The notes beneath the pieces were generated by a model. The model was given only the letters and a program-made list of their open reading frames with translations. It searched no databases and was not told where the DNA came from. From the human T2T-CHM13v2.0 reference genome, Homo sapiens: DNA of 64,000 bases. Below, one piece after another: positions 47,873-64,000 of the stretch; the stretch's first letter is position 1; each line of letters begins with the position of its first letter. The stretch is taken from the NCBI RefSeq assembly GCF_009914755.1, contig NC_060927.1. One strand, given 5' to 3'. The translations under genes and the position numbers were made by a program.

Positions 47873-50109
47873 GAACTAAATTGTGTTTCTAAATCTTATA
47901 CCACATCAAATGCATTACAGACACAAGTATATTGGAATAATTTACTAAAAATGTCCATTATGTACTGAGTATTAGCTCATTTAAAAAAATAGAAAACTCA
48001 ATAACGTAAAATGGAATATTCCTTTTTTATATAAATTTAAAGGCAGAAAATCTCAGGGAAAACAAACTTCTTTAACTCTACTCAGTTTTTCCTTGCTGTT
48101 CTATTCACATAGGTTTTTATATAAATATACATTTATACATTACACTCAACAAATTTCAAAAGCAATTTGATTTGTATAACCAAGGATGATTTGTATAACT
48201 CAAGATAAAATGCCAAGAGTGCAACCTCCGCTTTAATGAAAATGCTCTTCTTCTGAACAATGAAAATGCTTTTATTCTTGAAATCGGGGAAAACTCCCCT
48301 TCCACCACCACCACCCCACACACACACACAAAAAATCAGCTAGAAAATGATAAACATTCCAACAAATTAATTTACTTATGGTGATTATGTTCTTAGAAGA
48401 ACAATATCCGGGGAACCCGGTTGGTCCTGTTAGTACCAACACACACTCTTGTCTCACCCACACAAGCGTTCTGCCCCTCCATTCTCCATTATAGGGTGGA
48501 GCATCACAAGAAGCACCACAATCTCACATCCTGTCTGTCATCTCCAACCCTGTCTCAACTTCATGGGTCTTATTTAAAAGTATGGAACTGTGACAATAGG
48601 GTCAACATATGCATGTTTCACAGCCTTCTCTATGCATAAAGTGCACACACAAATAGAGCTCTCCCACTCTTTAGACTCTGCTGCTGGAATAAAATCTCTG
48701 ACTTTCCCAGCCTTGCTGTTTCTCCAAAATATTATCTCACACCTGCAACTCAATTCTAATATAAGGGCTACACAGTAAAGCGTGCAAGTACTGATTTTCA
48801 GCTGAACTTTGCCAGTGAAATGAGAAGATGTCACCTCATTTTCTAAATGCAGTTCCCAATCAGCCATAAGGTGATTTGTGAATCACTGGGTTCCCTTGAA
48901 GTTTTTCCTTTTGCCTGTGACTTACTGTCACTTCACAATTAGCATTCTACAGGTGCATGCAACAAGAAAGCATGCAATTCTTAAATATCTTAAACGTTTT
49001 AACAACTCTGGGGAAGTCGGGTTGGGAAATGACTGAAAATAAAGTTCTGGTTTTCAGTCTCACACATGAACTCTTTTCCACATTAACACAGGATTATCAA
49101 GAAATGGACTAAACTCTAATAACCTAATTTTTAGATGTCATAAAGAGATTAAACTTCCCAGGGGAATACGGAAACTCTAAGTTGCTACCTACTCTTTGGC
49201 TTTAATCACCATACGACGTAATACTGCAGAATAATATGCAGCTACTATTATTCTCTCTTTGCTAATAGAAATTTTGATCTAAAAAAGTTTTATATGAGGA
49301 AACAACTTAAGTGATACAGACTTATTTTCATATTTCTAAATCTTATATTTAAGTATTAAACCTAAACAACTAGCTAAATTTTCTCCAATTGTATATACCA
49401 AAAGGATTACTAATATTTTAACCAAAAGTGCCACAAACAGTCCCTTACTTTCCCTATGGAGTAAAATATCATGTGATTCTAAAGAAAAACTTTATAAACA
49501 TTTATTTAATTACATGTAAACTTGGAAGTGAACAAAAATGAAACATTGGTTTCACTATAGCAAGTAAAAAGTAGTATTTCAAATATACTGATTTAAATTT
49601 GGGATTAATGCCTAAACTCAACAAAAAGGGCAAAAAATACTTGTTATAAAATCAACTTTTAATTTCTTCTGGAGTCTTCACAAAGTGAAGGCTCTCAATA
49701 CTTTATTCTTAGATAAATTTTGCATTTAAAATAATAGTAATAATCATTATTTATAAAAAACAAGTTTTAAGCATATATCAAAGATTAATGGCTACATATC
49801 TAAAATGTTACAGTCACAGTTTAGTCCCAAAAGTATTTTCATTGATCTGAAATAAGCCATCATGAAACTATTATAACCAGGTTTCAAGTGTGAGGCTTTT
49901 GAAGCTGTATATAAAAAAAAAAAAAATTAGGACTTTGATGAGAAGCATTTAAATAAAAGCCCTTAGTTTACTGCTCCCGAATATAAATCCAACATCTTTA
50001 GGTGTAGAAAAATTAGAAACTGTGCAATTAATAGACTAGGAAGTCAAATATCATTGCCAGTAACTAACTGCTGTCTGAATTTCAAGGGAACTTATTGTAT
50101 ATTAAATTT

Positions 50110-50970
50110 TAAGAAAGTGAACTCACCTACCCTCTCACCTCAGCACTTTCTCAATTTTCCCATTACAATTAACAATATAACTTAGCAGTCAAGTCTTCCA
50201 GGCCAGTAACATCAGAATTTATTTTTAACTCTTGACTCCTTCACAAATATTCCACTTCAGTCCAGTATGAAGTTCTGCCAGTTCTTCATTCACACTGTCT
50301 CTCAAACCTGTTCCTTTCACCCCACTTTCACATTTTACTTTATTCCCTCATGATTCACAACATACCCTACTAGCTCCCTAAAAAGGCTCTAGCATCTCTC
50401 TACTATAATTCACTAATTCAACTGCAAAAATCATCTTACGTCTTATTCAGCAACCAACAATAAATCCAGATCTCTTCTGAATCTCAATCAAACTTGTACA
50501 GAACCCCTCTGCCCTCCATCAGCTAACTTTCTCTTATTTCTCAAATTCCATCTGTTCTTATGTTCTTATTTAGGCCCCTTTAATTCAGATTTGTCAACTT
50601 GATTATTGTCTCTCATGCAAAACTCACCATCATTGTTCCTTGGTACACTCCTTCCACCTAGACCTTTCATGCTTTTCTACCAGTTCAAGTTACCACCTCC
50701 TTTAACATCAGTCCTAATACACCTTGTCCGCAGGAAGTCTTTCCTCTCCCAACCATCAGTCTCACCCCTTTACTCTTTGCCACTCTGAACAAATGATTCA
50801 ATTTGTATTTTACAATCTTGCAGTCATCACGCTATTGTTTTAATTTTTTTTTCCCCATAGCCTCCCTCTACAACTAAAGGATAAGCTTTTGAGAGCAAGG
50901 ACTACAATTTCTTATGTCTGTTTTCAACAGGGGTTCCTTAGAATGCTAGCATCCTAACAAATGCTTAAAG
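50110..50970 (-). mobile_element. Degraded L2
   Basis: CTTGACTCCT..., GATAAGCTTTTGAGAGCAAGGACT, ACAAATGCTTA 3'-end motifs. Confidence 0.6.
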
Positions 50971-52825
50971 ACTCCCCTTTCTTTTAAATGCTTTTAAAGT
51001 CAAAGCTGTCAAAAACACATAATTAACACTAAACTCCAACTTTTAAAATTCTAAATTGACCTATATGGTAATCGGAATTAAACATTTTCATCTATATATT
51101 TTACAAGAGTTACTCCATCCTTAGTTAGTATCTGTATTACCAAGAATTCAAGAGTCATTTTCAAAGAAAATCCTGAAAAGAAAATGAAAAGTCCCAAAAT
51201 GTAGCATTATAATCTAGCATTACAGATCTCTGAAATAAAGCTAATAAATCAATTAGCTGAAATAGACTGACTGATTTTCAAACTATATTACCAAGATGTA
51301 AAACATACAAACACTCCAGTACCACAAGAGGCTCTTAAGTAGCTATTATAAGATTTGTATCATCATAGCTGAAAATTACCCCGGAATTTTAAAATATTTT
51401 TCAAATCACTCCATGAAGTGCTTAGAAAGCACGACCCTTCCCTGAAAGATGCATAATCAGCTTTCCTCTTTACCTACCCGGGCATTCTCTACTTGCAAGC
51501 CACAAGAAAAAAAAAAAATTAACTTTCAAAAATTATCTCCCATTCAGCTATTACCTAGACTACCCTGTTTCAGGCTAGTTCCCAAAGCCAACATGAATTG
51601 AAATCTTGAGTTCAACTAAAAGTGATCATTTTATGTTGCCTAAGAATATAATCAATTTCACATAACATCATGTTTTGCGTGTGTGTGGGTTCTTAAAATC
51701 TCAGTTCTTTAGTTCTCTCAGTTCTTCTAGGCAACAAATTAATTTGTCTTTGCCCTCATGATGCCCCTCTTTCCCACAATAAGGAAACAATATAGATATT
51801 TTTGTTAAATTCTGCAAGTATGTTTAAACAAGCTATCATTAAATACCACATGAACTTCTCCATAAATAGAGATACACTGGAACATTAGATACTTAGTATA
51901 TATTAAACACTTCAAGAGCATACTTTTCAGCACAAACCCAGGACAAGAGTAGTCTATCCACAACCCTGAACACAGCCCAAATATCCCTATTATTTCTAGG
52001 ACCATAGCCATCTGCAAAAGCCAAAATGGAAAGGACTAAATCCACATTCTTCTAACTAAATCCACAGTTATCTAAATATGATGGAAACTAACGCTAGAGT
52101 GTTTTAAATCGTCCTTTTTAAGGAACCCGCCAGAACATTTAACAGGTAATGAATGCAGTAGCACTCCAAAATTGAACTTAAATGTAATGAGCCAGTGACA
52201 ACATTTAACTTAGTATTTGGCACTATGACAAAACAAATCTCAATCAAAACTTGGACCTATTAATACTTCCAAGTTAACTTTTGATTAAACATAAATTATA
52301 CGGTGGCAGGTTGGTAATGTCAAAACAGGAAGGTTAAGAGATAACACATCAAACCACTTATCCAATTGAACACAAATGCATACAGAGATGTTACTGCTGC
52401 TAGGTATTTATTGGCTCCCACTAGTCCCTTCTAAAGAGAGAAATCAATGGCAGCCTCCAAATGTGAATGGTTACTGAGGAAGTTCATCCACAGATTAAGA
52501 ACAAATATTATGTGTAGTCATACAAACAAGAAAAAAATGTTGGGAGGGTGGGACATTTAACGTCTCTATTAAGTATATCAAACTATGATAACCCCTGAGA
52601 CCTAAAATATTCTCTCATTCCAAATTCCAAAAATTCTGCAAATGTGCATAATGGTTTAGTAATCAAATCTTGTCCTTCTCTTTATTCTAAAGGATGGGCA
52701 AGTAAACACTGTCATCACTACTTTAACGTGGAAACACTCGAGCACTTGATGAAACTGACTACCAACAGCAAGAAAAGTACAAGAAAGCAGTTTGAAATCG
52801 AATCATCCAAATAAATATCATATTA

Positions 52826-54130
<1,305 letters not shown>

Positions 54131-56302
54131 AGGAGCGCTGTCTGCGCAGCCGCCTTGCACTTCCCCACTCCTCCTCCCCCCTCCTACTCGTCCTCCACCT
54201 CCTTCCTCCCCCACCCAGCCTTACACCGCCCAGCGCCCCGCCGCCCGCGTAACAGGCGTCTGGGAATCGCCGGCCGAGCCCCACGCTCGCCCGCTTCGGC
54301 TGGGAGCCGAAGCCCGAACGGAGCCAATCACGGACGTCGTTTGTTTGCGGCTCCTCCCGGAAAAAGCCGATCAGCCTGAGAAACCAATTAGAAAGTGACG
54401 CTGGGAAGCCACGCCCAAAGAGCGGAAAATGCCGAAGGTAGCCGAACGGAAAGGGTGAATTCGCCTTGTTCGGTGGCTGGCTGGAGGAGACATTCGACAA
54501 TGGCAACAGTGGCCAATCAGAGTCGCCGGCCCTTACGAAGAGGCTTGAAGAGTTGAGGACGGTGAAACCCAGAGACGCTGGTGAAACTGCACGGCTGGGC
54601 GCCGCCGCCGCTTTGTGATTGGCTGGAAAACTCCGCTGGGAGCGTACCTCCTTCGGTGATTGGTGAAGAGAAGGGGGCTTCCGAGGACAGTCTGGCCAGT
54701 CAGGACTTCCCCTCCCTCTCCAAGGTGGGGAGAAGAAAGCGAAGGGAGGGCGTCTATAAAGCGCTGTCTCATTGGCCTGAAGCTTAGGCGCTGGAGTTGG
54801 GGCAAAAGGGAGAGGGAGGGAGCCCGAAACTCGCGGCGGCGGCCAATCGGCTCTCACTGCCGTCCAATCGCAAGACCTAGCTGCAGTGTGATTGGCCTTC
54901 GGCCCCGGTCCCAGGAGCGGGGAGATGCCTGACTCGGGTCGTGGCTGACGACCCGACGGTTCGCCTGCGGCCGCCTCCAACAACGGTGGAAACCGCACAC
55001 AGGGACCGCGGGCCCTCGGTGCAGCAAATCGGAAAGTGCTGCGGTCGGCGGCCCTGGGCTCTGAGCGCTCAAGCGAGCAGAGGGGTGGAGGGGCTCTCCC
55101 CACCCACAGGAGGCTCTCGGCGGGGCGCAGCCAATTCTGCGCGCCCAAGGCTCCCCTCTGCCGTGGATCGCGTGTGCCGAGTGTTGGCCTCTTCCCCGAA
55201 AGGGCCAGACGGACCAAGGGGGCCTTCCCAGCCGGCTGCAAGCTCTCAGACGCTAAAATGGGAACAAAGCTTCCAGAAAGGCAGCGCCTTTGGGCGGCCG
55301 CGCCCCGCCCAGCCGCGGGGGCCATTGATACAGAGGCTTGCTGCGCTTGGTGTGCGCGGCCCGGCCGGGCCTCTGGAAACGCCCATGAGAAATGAGCTCA
55401 TGCTGGATGCGCGCGCTCCTTGGGCGCAACTGCCCAGCGCAAAACGGGCCCCGAAAGCAGGTGAGGGGAAATGCCGTCAGGCCGGATATCCTGAAGCCTC
55501 CGAGGAAATGGGGGGGTCAGAGGAGCCCGTGGTAGCTTTGGATCTTTTGGAACTAGGGTGATCTATAAAAGTGCAGCTTGAGAAGATTTCATACATAAGA
55601 CCAGCGTCCATTGTTCTACCATAGAACCAGTTCCTTTGGTCTGCTTTAGAACAGTGAGGTATGGCTACGTCAAGATAACAGAGAAAGTAGAACAGACAGT
55701 TGCCATCCTGATTGTAATCCAGTGGTGCCTGTAATTTCTACCTGCAGAGTCATCTCTTTCTGTTAAGATGCTGTCTCCAGAAAGCACATGTTAAAGGACC
55801 TATATTTGATCAGATTACCTGGCTCTTGCTTTGAAACACTGATGAAGGACTTGGGACAGAACAAAGTAAGCTTTGATGGAAGACAGGAAAGGTCTAGATA
55901 GTGTTTGCAGATTCAAATGGCTACAGAGGCCAGACAAGTAAAGCAAATGAGTGAGACTGGCCTTGTGTAAGACAATGGGGAATGATAGGGAAAATGGCAA
56001 ATTGGAATATCCATGCCATAACTAAAAGGAACAGCTGCTCAACTCTAGCAGATTGTTGCCCTCAGGAATGTGGGTCCAGTGTTCTCAGATGTTCAATTTT
56101 TTTCCTCCCAAAAGAAACCCCAAAATTGGATTTTTGTGTGAAATCTCTGCATTTTTAAATGTTGGTAACCAAATTTTCAAACCCTGCAGGCCAACCTAAA
56201 AACATCCCTTGGCCAATGAGGCATTGGAAAAAGTGTTAATAATTGTTAGGGGCCCGATAGCAGTAGGAGGGTGAAAACAAAATGGTTTGGGACCTTAAAT
56301 AA

Positions 56303-56617
<315 letters not shown>

Positions 56618-56698
56618 GTTGAAATTTATCTTTAAAATAGTGCACCTTTAATCCTTTTTTTATTTCTGTGTGTATCTTATAATGTGCATATCATGTTA

Positions 56699-57029
<331 letters not shown>

Positions 57030-57519
57030 TTATGAACCACTAGTTTAGACAAAGAATAGTTGTACAGTTGTACAGATGGATAAGGAAGGAAAGAACATTC
57101 CAGGCAAAGAGAAAAGGTTATGCAATGGCTGAAATGTTTAACAAGGTATTTGGAGACCTTGAGATAGTTTGAAATTATGTAATGTCTAAGATGTGGGCCA
57201 AGAGAAAATAAAGGAAAATATCACAGGATAATAGAGGAGTAAAGTAAACTATGCTGTATTAACTCCATATTAGGCAGCCAGTAAAAATAAATACAACCAC
57301 CAAAAGTAACTCAGAAATATGTTTAGGAAACAATACTAATTGAAAAATATAGAACTTCAGGTTGTATATCTACCATATTTCCAATCTGTAAAATATAAGT
57401 ACATTTGGATCAAGATTGGAAAGGAAGACAAATTAGAATAACTCGTCAATAACATATTTAAATATAAATGAAAATATTTAAATGTCTTTGCTTAGTATTT
57501 TTATAATAAATTTCTATTT

Positions 57520-57678
57520 TTTTACTTTTATTTATCTTTTAATCTCACTGTTATCCAGGATGGAGTGCAGTAGCACAGTCATAGCTCACTATGGCCTTGA
57601 ACTTCTGGGCTCAAGCAGTCCTCCCACCTCAGCCTCCTAAGTAGCTGGGATTACAGGTGTAAGCCACTGTACCCCACC
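57520..57678 (-). mobile_element. Alu monomer (FLAM-like)
   Basis: Single arm with T-rich tail. Confidence 0.8.
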
Positions 57679-58049
57679 TCTGTGTTTGATTTTAAGGGGA
57701 ATTGGCCCAAAAAATAACATTTATATTATTTCTTCACTATGATTCACATGTCCCTCAGAAGCCTCTAATTACAATGGAATTCTTAAAAAAAATTCACATT
57801 TCTCAGCAAAGCTTTCCAACGAAAATTTTTATGATAATCCTTTGTCATATAAGTTAAAATAGTAAAACTAGACAATAGTGAGTAAGTATTATATTTGAGA
57901 CACCTGCTAGGCATCTGATATAAGGTGGATGAGAGGATCAGTGTCCTTTGGGAGTTTACCCTCTAGGGAAGCAACTACATGAAAAGTTAAATAAATTATA
58001 AAAATCACATTTTGAATTGATAAAAGTTATGAGACAGAACATAATTTGG

Positions 58050-58325
58050 TTTTTATTTATTTTTTTGAGACAGGGTCTCACTTTGTCCTCCAGGCTGGAG
58101 TGCTGCGGCCTCAACCTCCCAGGTTCAAGGGATCCTGCTGCCTCAGCCCCCCAAGTAGCTAGGACTACAAGGGTGCACCACCACACCCAGCTAATTTTTG
58201 TATTTTTTGTATAAATGGGGTTTCGCCATGTTGCCCAGACTGGTCTCAAACTCCTGGGCTCAAAATCTGCGTGCCATGGCTTCTCAAAACGCTAGGATTA
58301 CTGGCGTGAGTCACCATGCCTGGCC
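58050..58325 (-). mobile_element. AluJ with deletion
   Basis: CTCCTGGGCTCAA J-type motif. Confidence 0.88.
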
Positions 58326-59064
58326 TATAATTTGTTAATATGGTTGTTACTACAAAGTTTAAAATAAATTGCCCATGCATTCCTATTTATAATAGGTGAG
58401 TGGAGGACACTTCAATCTAAAGTGATCTTAAAGGAGGAGTAGTAGGATTTGAAGATGAAGAAAGAAGAGGGGAGGTAAATTACTTTCCATCACTTCAATT
58501 TCAACCCATCAGATAAAACCTCTCTTTAGTAAACCTGCATGTGGGTGGAGCTGTAACAGCAATTAAGGACAGTGTGACTCTGTTCTTCTGACTTTGGGAA
58601 AACCAGTTTGGCTGGAACAAAAAGCTGATAGAGAAGACTAATGGAAGATAAGGTTGAAAAGGTAGGTTTGAGGGAGCTTTGTTACAGGAAAAAAAAAAAA
58701 AAAAAACTGGGCTTTGTCCTGTAGACAGTGGAGAGGTACTTTAGCAGATGTAAGACATTACCATTATAGGAAAGCCTCTGAAGTAACATACACTGTGGTT
58801 TTTCCTGTTGCTGAAAATATGCCCAGAGTAACAAGATGTGGCATAGTTGGTTATGTGTCTTATAACCAGTGAGGTGTGCCCAAATGGGAAATTAATGAAT
58901 GACTACCCAAAAAGAAGAGGGAGAGTGTTTGAAACACTGTCACTGTGAAATAGACTGGTTGTATGAAAAGTTGCATATCAAGCCTTTGGCAAATTATATA
59001 AATACTCTGATTTTGACATCTTAAAGGAGTATACTATAGAAAATAAAAGAAAAACACTTGAATC

Positions 59065-59919
<855 letters not shown>

Positions 59920-60735
59920 AATCCTTTTAGTTTTTCATGCTTGTCACATGTTTACTTCTAAGGGTATAATCATGTGGTTTACTATATTATTACCGATTAG
60001 ATTATTTTGAACTACTTCAATTTTATTTATTTTACCTCATTTCCATTCACATTTTTTGAAAAGAGCTTTTTTATACAAGAGTGTAAATATTTTCACATTG
60101 AATAAATGAATTGAAAACAGTATGTGTTGATTGAATACTTGAAGTATACTTCTTTACAGCAAATTCTAGGAATTCAGCTTTGTTTTATGTGCATTAAAAT
60201 GTAATAAATATAGGCCTGAGAAATTCTCAGAACAAATATTTTAGGCCCTCAGTAGCTGTAAATCGGGAACGGTCAGATTTCCTTCACATGGAAATGGGAC
60301 TCACATCTCTCAGAATGGAACAGAAGTCTTTTGGTCTTTAATCTATGTCATGTTGATGGGAAATGTGAAAGCTACAAGAAAATTGGTATTTGGTTTCTTG
60401 GATATTGAATATCCTTGGCCAGGGGTGCAGGGAAGTGAAAAAAAAGTAAGACCTCCTATGGATCATCCAAAAAGGAATTTCAGAATGCAGAGAGGACTGG
60501 TCTCCCTTAATCAGGCCAAAACTTTATTTGAATTGTATCAGGATGCTTCATTCCTGTGCCCTGTAGGATGGAATCTTGAAAGAAAATGGGAAGGAATGTA
60601 CAAAGCCTCAAGGAATGTGTTTCTCTGTAACATCTAGATCAGACAGTAGTATGAAGTGCCAGATATGAAACCAGAAAGGATCCTTATGAGAGTTTATAGC
60701 TCAGTTTTAAGATGTTTTACTATCTCTGCTGTCTT

Positions 60736-61463
60736 ATTTTTTTATTTTTATTTTTAGAGATGGGGTCTCGCTCTGCTGCCCAGGCTGGAGTGCAGTGGTG
60801 TGATCATAGCTCACTGCAACCTCAAACTCCTGGGCTCAGGTCAACCCTCCTGCCTCAGCCATGCCCTGCCACTGCCCCCTTCCCCCGCAGTAGCTGGGGC
60901 TACAAGTGCATGCCACCACACCCAGCTATTTTAATTACTTTGTAGAGACAGGGTCTTGCCATGTTGTCCAGGCTGGTGCTGTTGTTCTTTATTTTTACAA
61001 TGTATATTGTGTATGCACTAGTAGTGTTCAGTACTTGAAGATAAAAGTAGTAATTTAGGAAAAATAACCATTATTCCCCTAACTAAATCTTGCTACTCTT
61101 AGGACCAGTTAGGAGTCTTAGGAAAATATCAACTCTGATTGTTTTTTCTTTTCTGTTTGTTTGTTTTTATTGTTGTTGTTATTGTTTAGATAATTTGTTG
61201 CTCTGTCACCCAGGCTGGAGTGCAGATGTGTGATCATGGCTCACTGCAGCCTACCTCCAGGGATAAAGCAATCCTCCCGCCTTAGCCTCCCAAGTAGCTG
61301 GGACTTACAGGCACACAACTGACCTAGCTAATTTTTTTATTTTTGTAAAGGCAGAGGTCTTCCTACGTTGTCCAGACTGGTCTTGAACTCCTGGCCTCAA
61401 GCAATCCTCCCACCTTGGCCCCCAGAGTGCTGGGATTACAGGTGTGAGCCACTATACCCAGTC
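60736..61463 (-). mobile_element. Two AluJ elements (60736-60977 partial; 61141-61463)
   Basis: GTGATCATAGCTCACTGCA and GGCCTCAAGCAATCCTCCC J-type motifs. Confidence 0.85.
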
Positions 61464-63579
61464 TGGTTTTTTTTCTTTTTTTTTTTTTTTTTTTTTTTTT
61501 TGAGGACTCAACATGTCCGAGACAGTTGAGTACACTTCTACTTTCTCTAACCACTTCTTGACAATTTGAATACAGTTTTCATTTTTAGTCTTCTTATCAA
61601 AAGTGTTCCAATTGTACTTTTTATCCTTAAGGACTTTAAATATGATTATATAGAATTTCATAAATTTTGCTGGCCTGTGTTGGACAACACATGAAAAGAC
61701 ACGAATATCCTAATTCCACCAGGAAGTGCTTGTTGTCTACTGTGTGCCCAGGTCTGTGCCACATATGGTGGGAAACATTTGCTTGCAACAAATTGAGAAA
61801 ACTGCTGTATATGCTTTAAAACCTAACTGGTTTATTCAACTGCATTTTAAAAATATTTCCAAGGCCAAAGGCTCTTGGACCCTTTTAGAATTAAAAACAA
61901 ATATCTTACACAGCCATATCAGCTGGAACTCTGAGGAAGCAAACTATCCTATGGAGGTTAAGCTTTTAATCTGGCATGAGAGGAGTTAAAGTGAAGTACT
62001 TCTAAGCACCAGAGAAACCATCTAGTGGGAAAAAAAGAATTCATCAACAGGGAGTTGCCAAATGAGGACACGCACATGCTTTGCCTTCATTATCTAACTT
62101 TCTTCCAGTATAAATAGAATTACATGGAGGTGTAAGGCATTTCTCTTGATCTCAGTCAATGCTGTGCACATCGTGGGAACTCAGTAAATGTTGGCAAAAT
62201 GAGTAGTGTGATTGTAATTGAAAAAGCGAAACAATTATAACCATCAAAATTACAACTTTATAAAATATCTGCATATGGACAAGCACTCTGAGAAAATACT
62301 CCCCCCAAAAAAGTTGTTTTATTAATTTTTTAGTTTTCTGAATTTTTTCTTACATTAATTTTTTTCCTATTATCGGTTCTACAATATAATTTGAGTATCA
62401 AAATTTCTTAATTAGATGCATTCAAATAGAATCACAGCTTGGGGCAAGTCTCCGTTCACCACCAGGCTTCAAACATGTCATGGCATATCTGGCAAATTGG
62501 TAGTTTCAGGCTGCCAAGAGGTGATTTACATAAGGGTTTTGGTGGAAAGACTGCCAAGAAGTGTGGATGACAGAGAGGTGGGGGTTGGCCAGACTGCTTT
62601 TCAGTCAATTTGCACAGCTACAGTGCACCAGCCAGTGTTCCAGTTGGTCAGTGCCCATGCCATGCCAGCTGTTAATCCTTGGATTGAGGGAATGACACCT
62701 TACCTATCTTGAAGATTCATATTCCAATACAGCCTCGTGGAGTCCACTAGGAAAGTACCAAGAGCAGAAATAGGAGTGCACTAAAATCATTACTACATCA
62801 CACAACATAATCAAAAGATGAGGGGTTACAGCTTGTTGCCACTTGTGCAGAAAATGATGGCACGATTTTGCAGTATTGGAGATTCCAGGAAACAAGCATT
62901 TTGATTCTTTGAGGGCCACAACGGAGGTCATGAAGATGTCCAGCAGCACATGGTAATGACCTGGCTTAATGGGGCTGGCTCACTGATGAGTACTAGAAGT
63001 GTTCAAGAAAACTCAGCAGCAGATATCCACGTGGCCGCAGATATGCCTTATTCTTGAGCCCATGTAAAACACTGTGTAGGGGCTCTTAGAAATTATGGGC
63101 AGAGGATTTTGCAAGGAGCTGAAGTTCGGCATCAGCAAGCAAAGACAGGAGCCAATGAAATACGGATTGCGAAACTATTCCTAATTAGTTCATTATTAAT
63201 GTAATCAGATAGCTCATATAGAGTTAATGTAATCAATAGCTCATATAGAATATGAGAATGGGAGGTCCATCTGCTGTTTCCTCACTTGGTGGTCCCCATT
63301 TCCGCAAGGTTCTTATTTGTGTTACCATTTCACGAAAATGAAAGTATTGGTAGTTTTTAAAAACAGTTCAGGGCTTTTTTTTTTTTAACAACACAACCCA
63401 TATATGCAAGTCAAATACAATTCTTCATCTGGTGCTCAACCAAAGAAAGAGTGATACATTCCAATACTGGAGGAAAAACTGGCCTGACTAAATTTATTGA
63501 TATTTAAGGTCTTGTAAAGGGTAATTTTGAAAGTATGTAATTTCCACTTAAAATGCTATTTTAAGAACCTGAACCTTGC

Positions 63580-63937
63580 TGTAGTAGTTCCTTTTCATGC
63601 TGCTAATAACGATATACTCGAGACTGGGTAATTTGTAAAGGAAAAAGGTTTAATGGACTCACAGTTCCACATGGCTGGGGAGGCCTCACAATCACTGTGG
63701 AGGGCAAAGGAAGAGGACATCTTACATGGCTGCAGGCAAGAGGGCATGTGCAAGGGAACTCCTCTTTATAAAACCATCACATCTCATGAGACTTATTCAC
63801 TATCACAAGAACAGCATGGGAAAAACCTGCCCCCATGATTCAATTACCTCCCCCCAGGTCCCTCCCACTACATGTGGGAATTCTGGGAGCTACAATTCGA
63901 GTTGAGATGTGGGTGGGGACACGGCCAAACCATATCA
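63580..63937 (-). mobile_element. THE1 (MaLR) solo LTR
   Basis: TTTAATGGACTCACAGTTCCACATGGCTGGGGAGGCCTCACAATC...GGGGACACGGCCAAACCATATCA. Confidence 0.92.
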
Positions 63938-64000
63938 GCAAGTGATTTGGATGGGGACACAGCCAAACTTGCATCAAGTGAGGTTTGGCTGTGTCCCCAC

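Noticed and set aside
61467-61501. Long poly-T as the tail of a processed pseudogene
   Set aside because: No adjacent polyadenylation signal or recognisable mRNA. It fits an expanded T-rich target site of the neighbouring AluJ.

Overview
This is human (primate) genomic DNA containing the 5' end of GSK3B on the minus strand. The first coding segment ([29 protein letters not shown], 53116->53029) ends at a GTGAGT donor. Upstream lie a ~1 kb uORF-rich 5'UTR with (GCC)8 and a CpG-island bidirectional promoter with ten CCAAT boxes. Bases 1-53028 are GSK3B intron 1, and ~55500-64000 is the divergent (GSK3B-DT) side. Both are mostly Alu, L1, L2, MIR, DNA-transposon and LTR fossils, so nearly all ORFs in the track are repeat artefacts. 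The standout is at 1-5447: a HERV-I/LTR10-type provirus whose 3' gag, protease and RT have been replaced by a spliced riboflavin kinase (RFK) mRNA fragment (5'UTR + codons 1-116). It has no poly-A or TSD and is fused in frame to the viral RNase H/integrase, i.e. apparent retroviral transduction (v-onc-style capture) of a host gene. Other points are a young AluYg6, an Alu-Alu recombination tandem duplication, several template-switch scars and a GAS-less MER41A LTR. Family names, reference protein sequences and SNP identities are recalled from memory rather than searched, and old-repeat boundaries are approximate.
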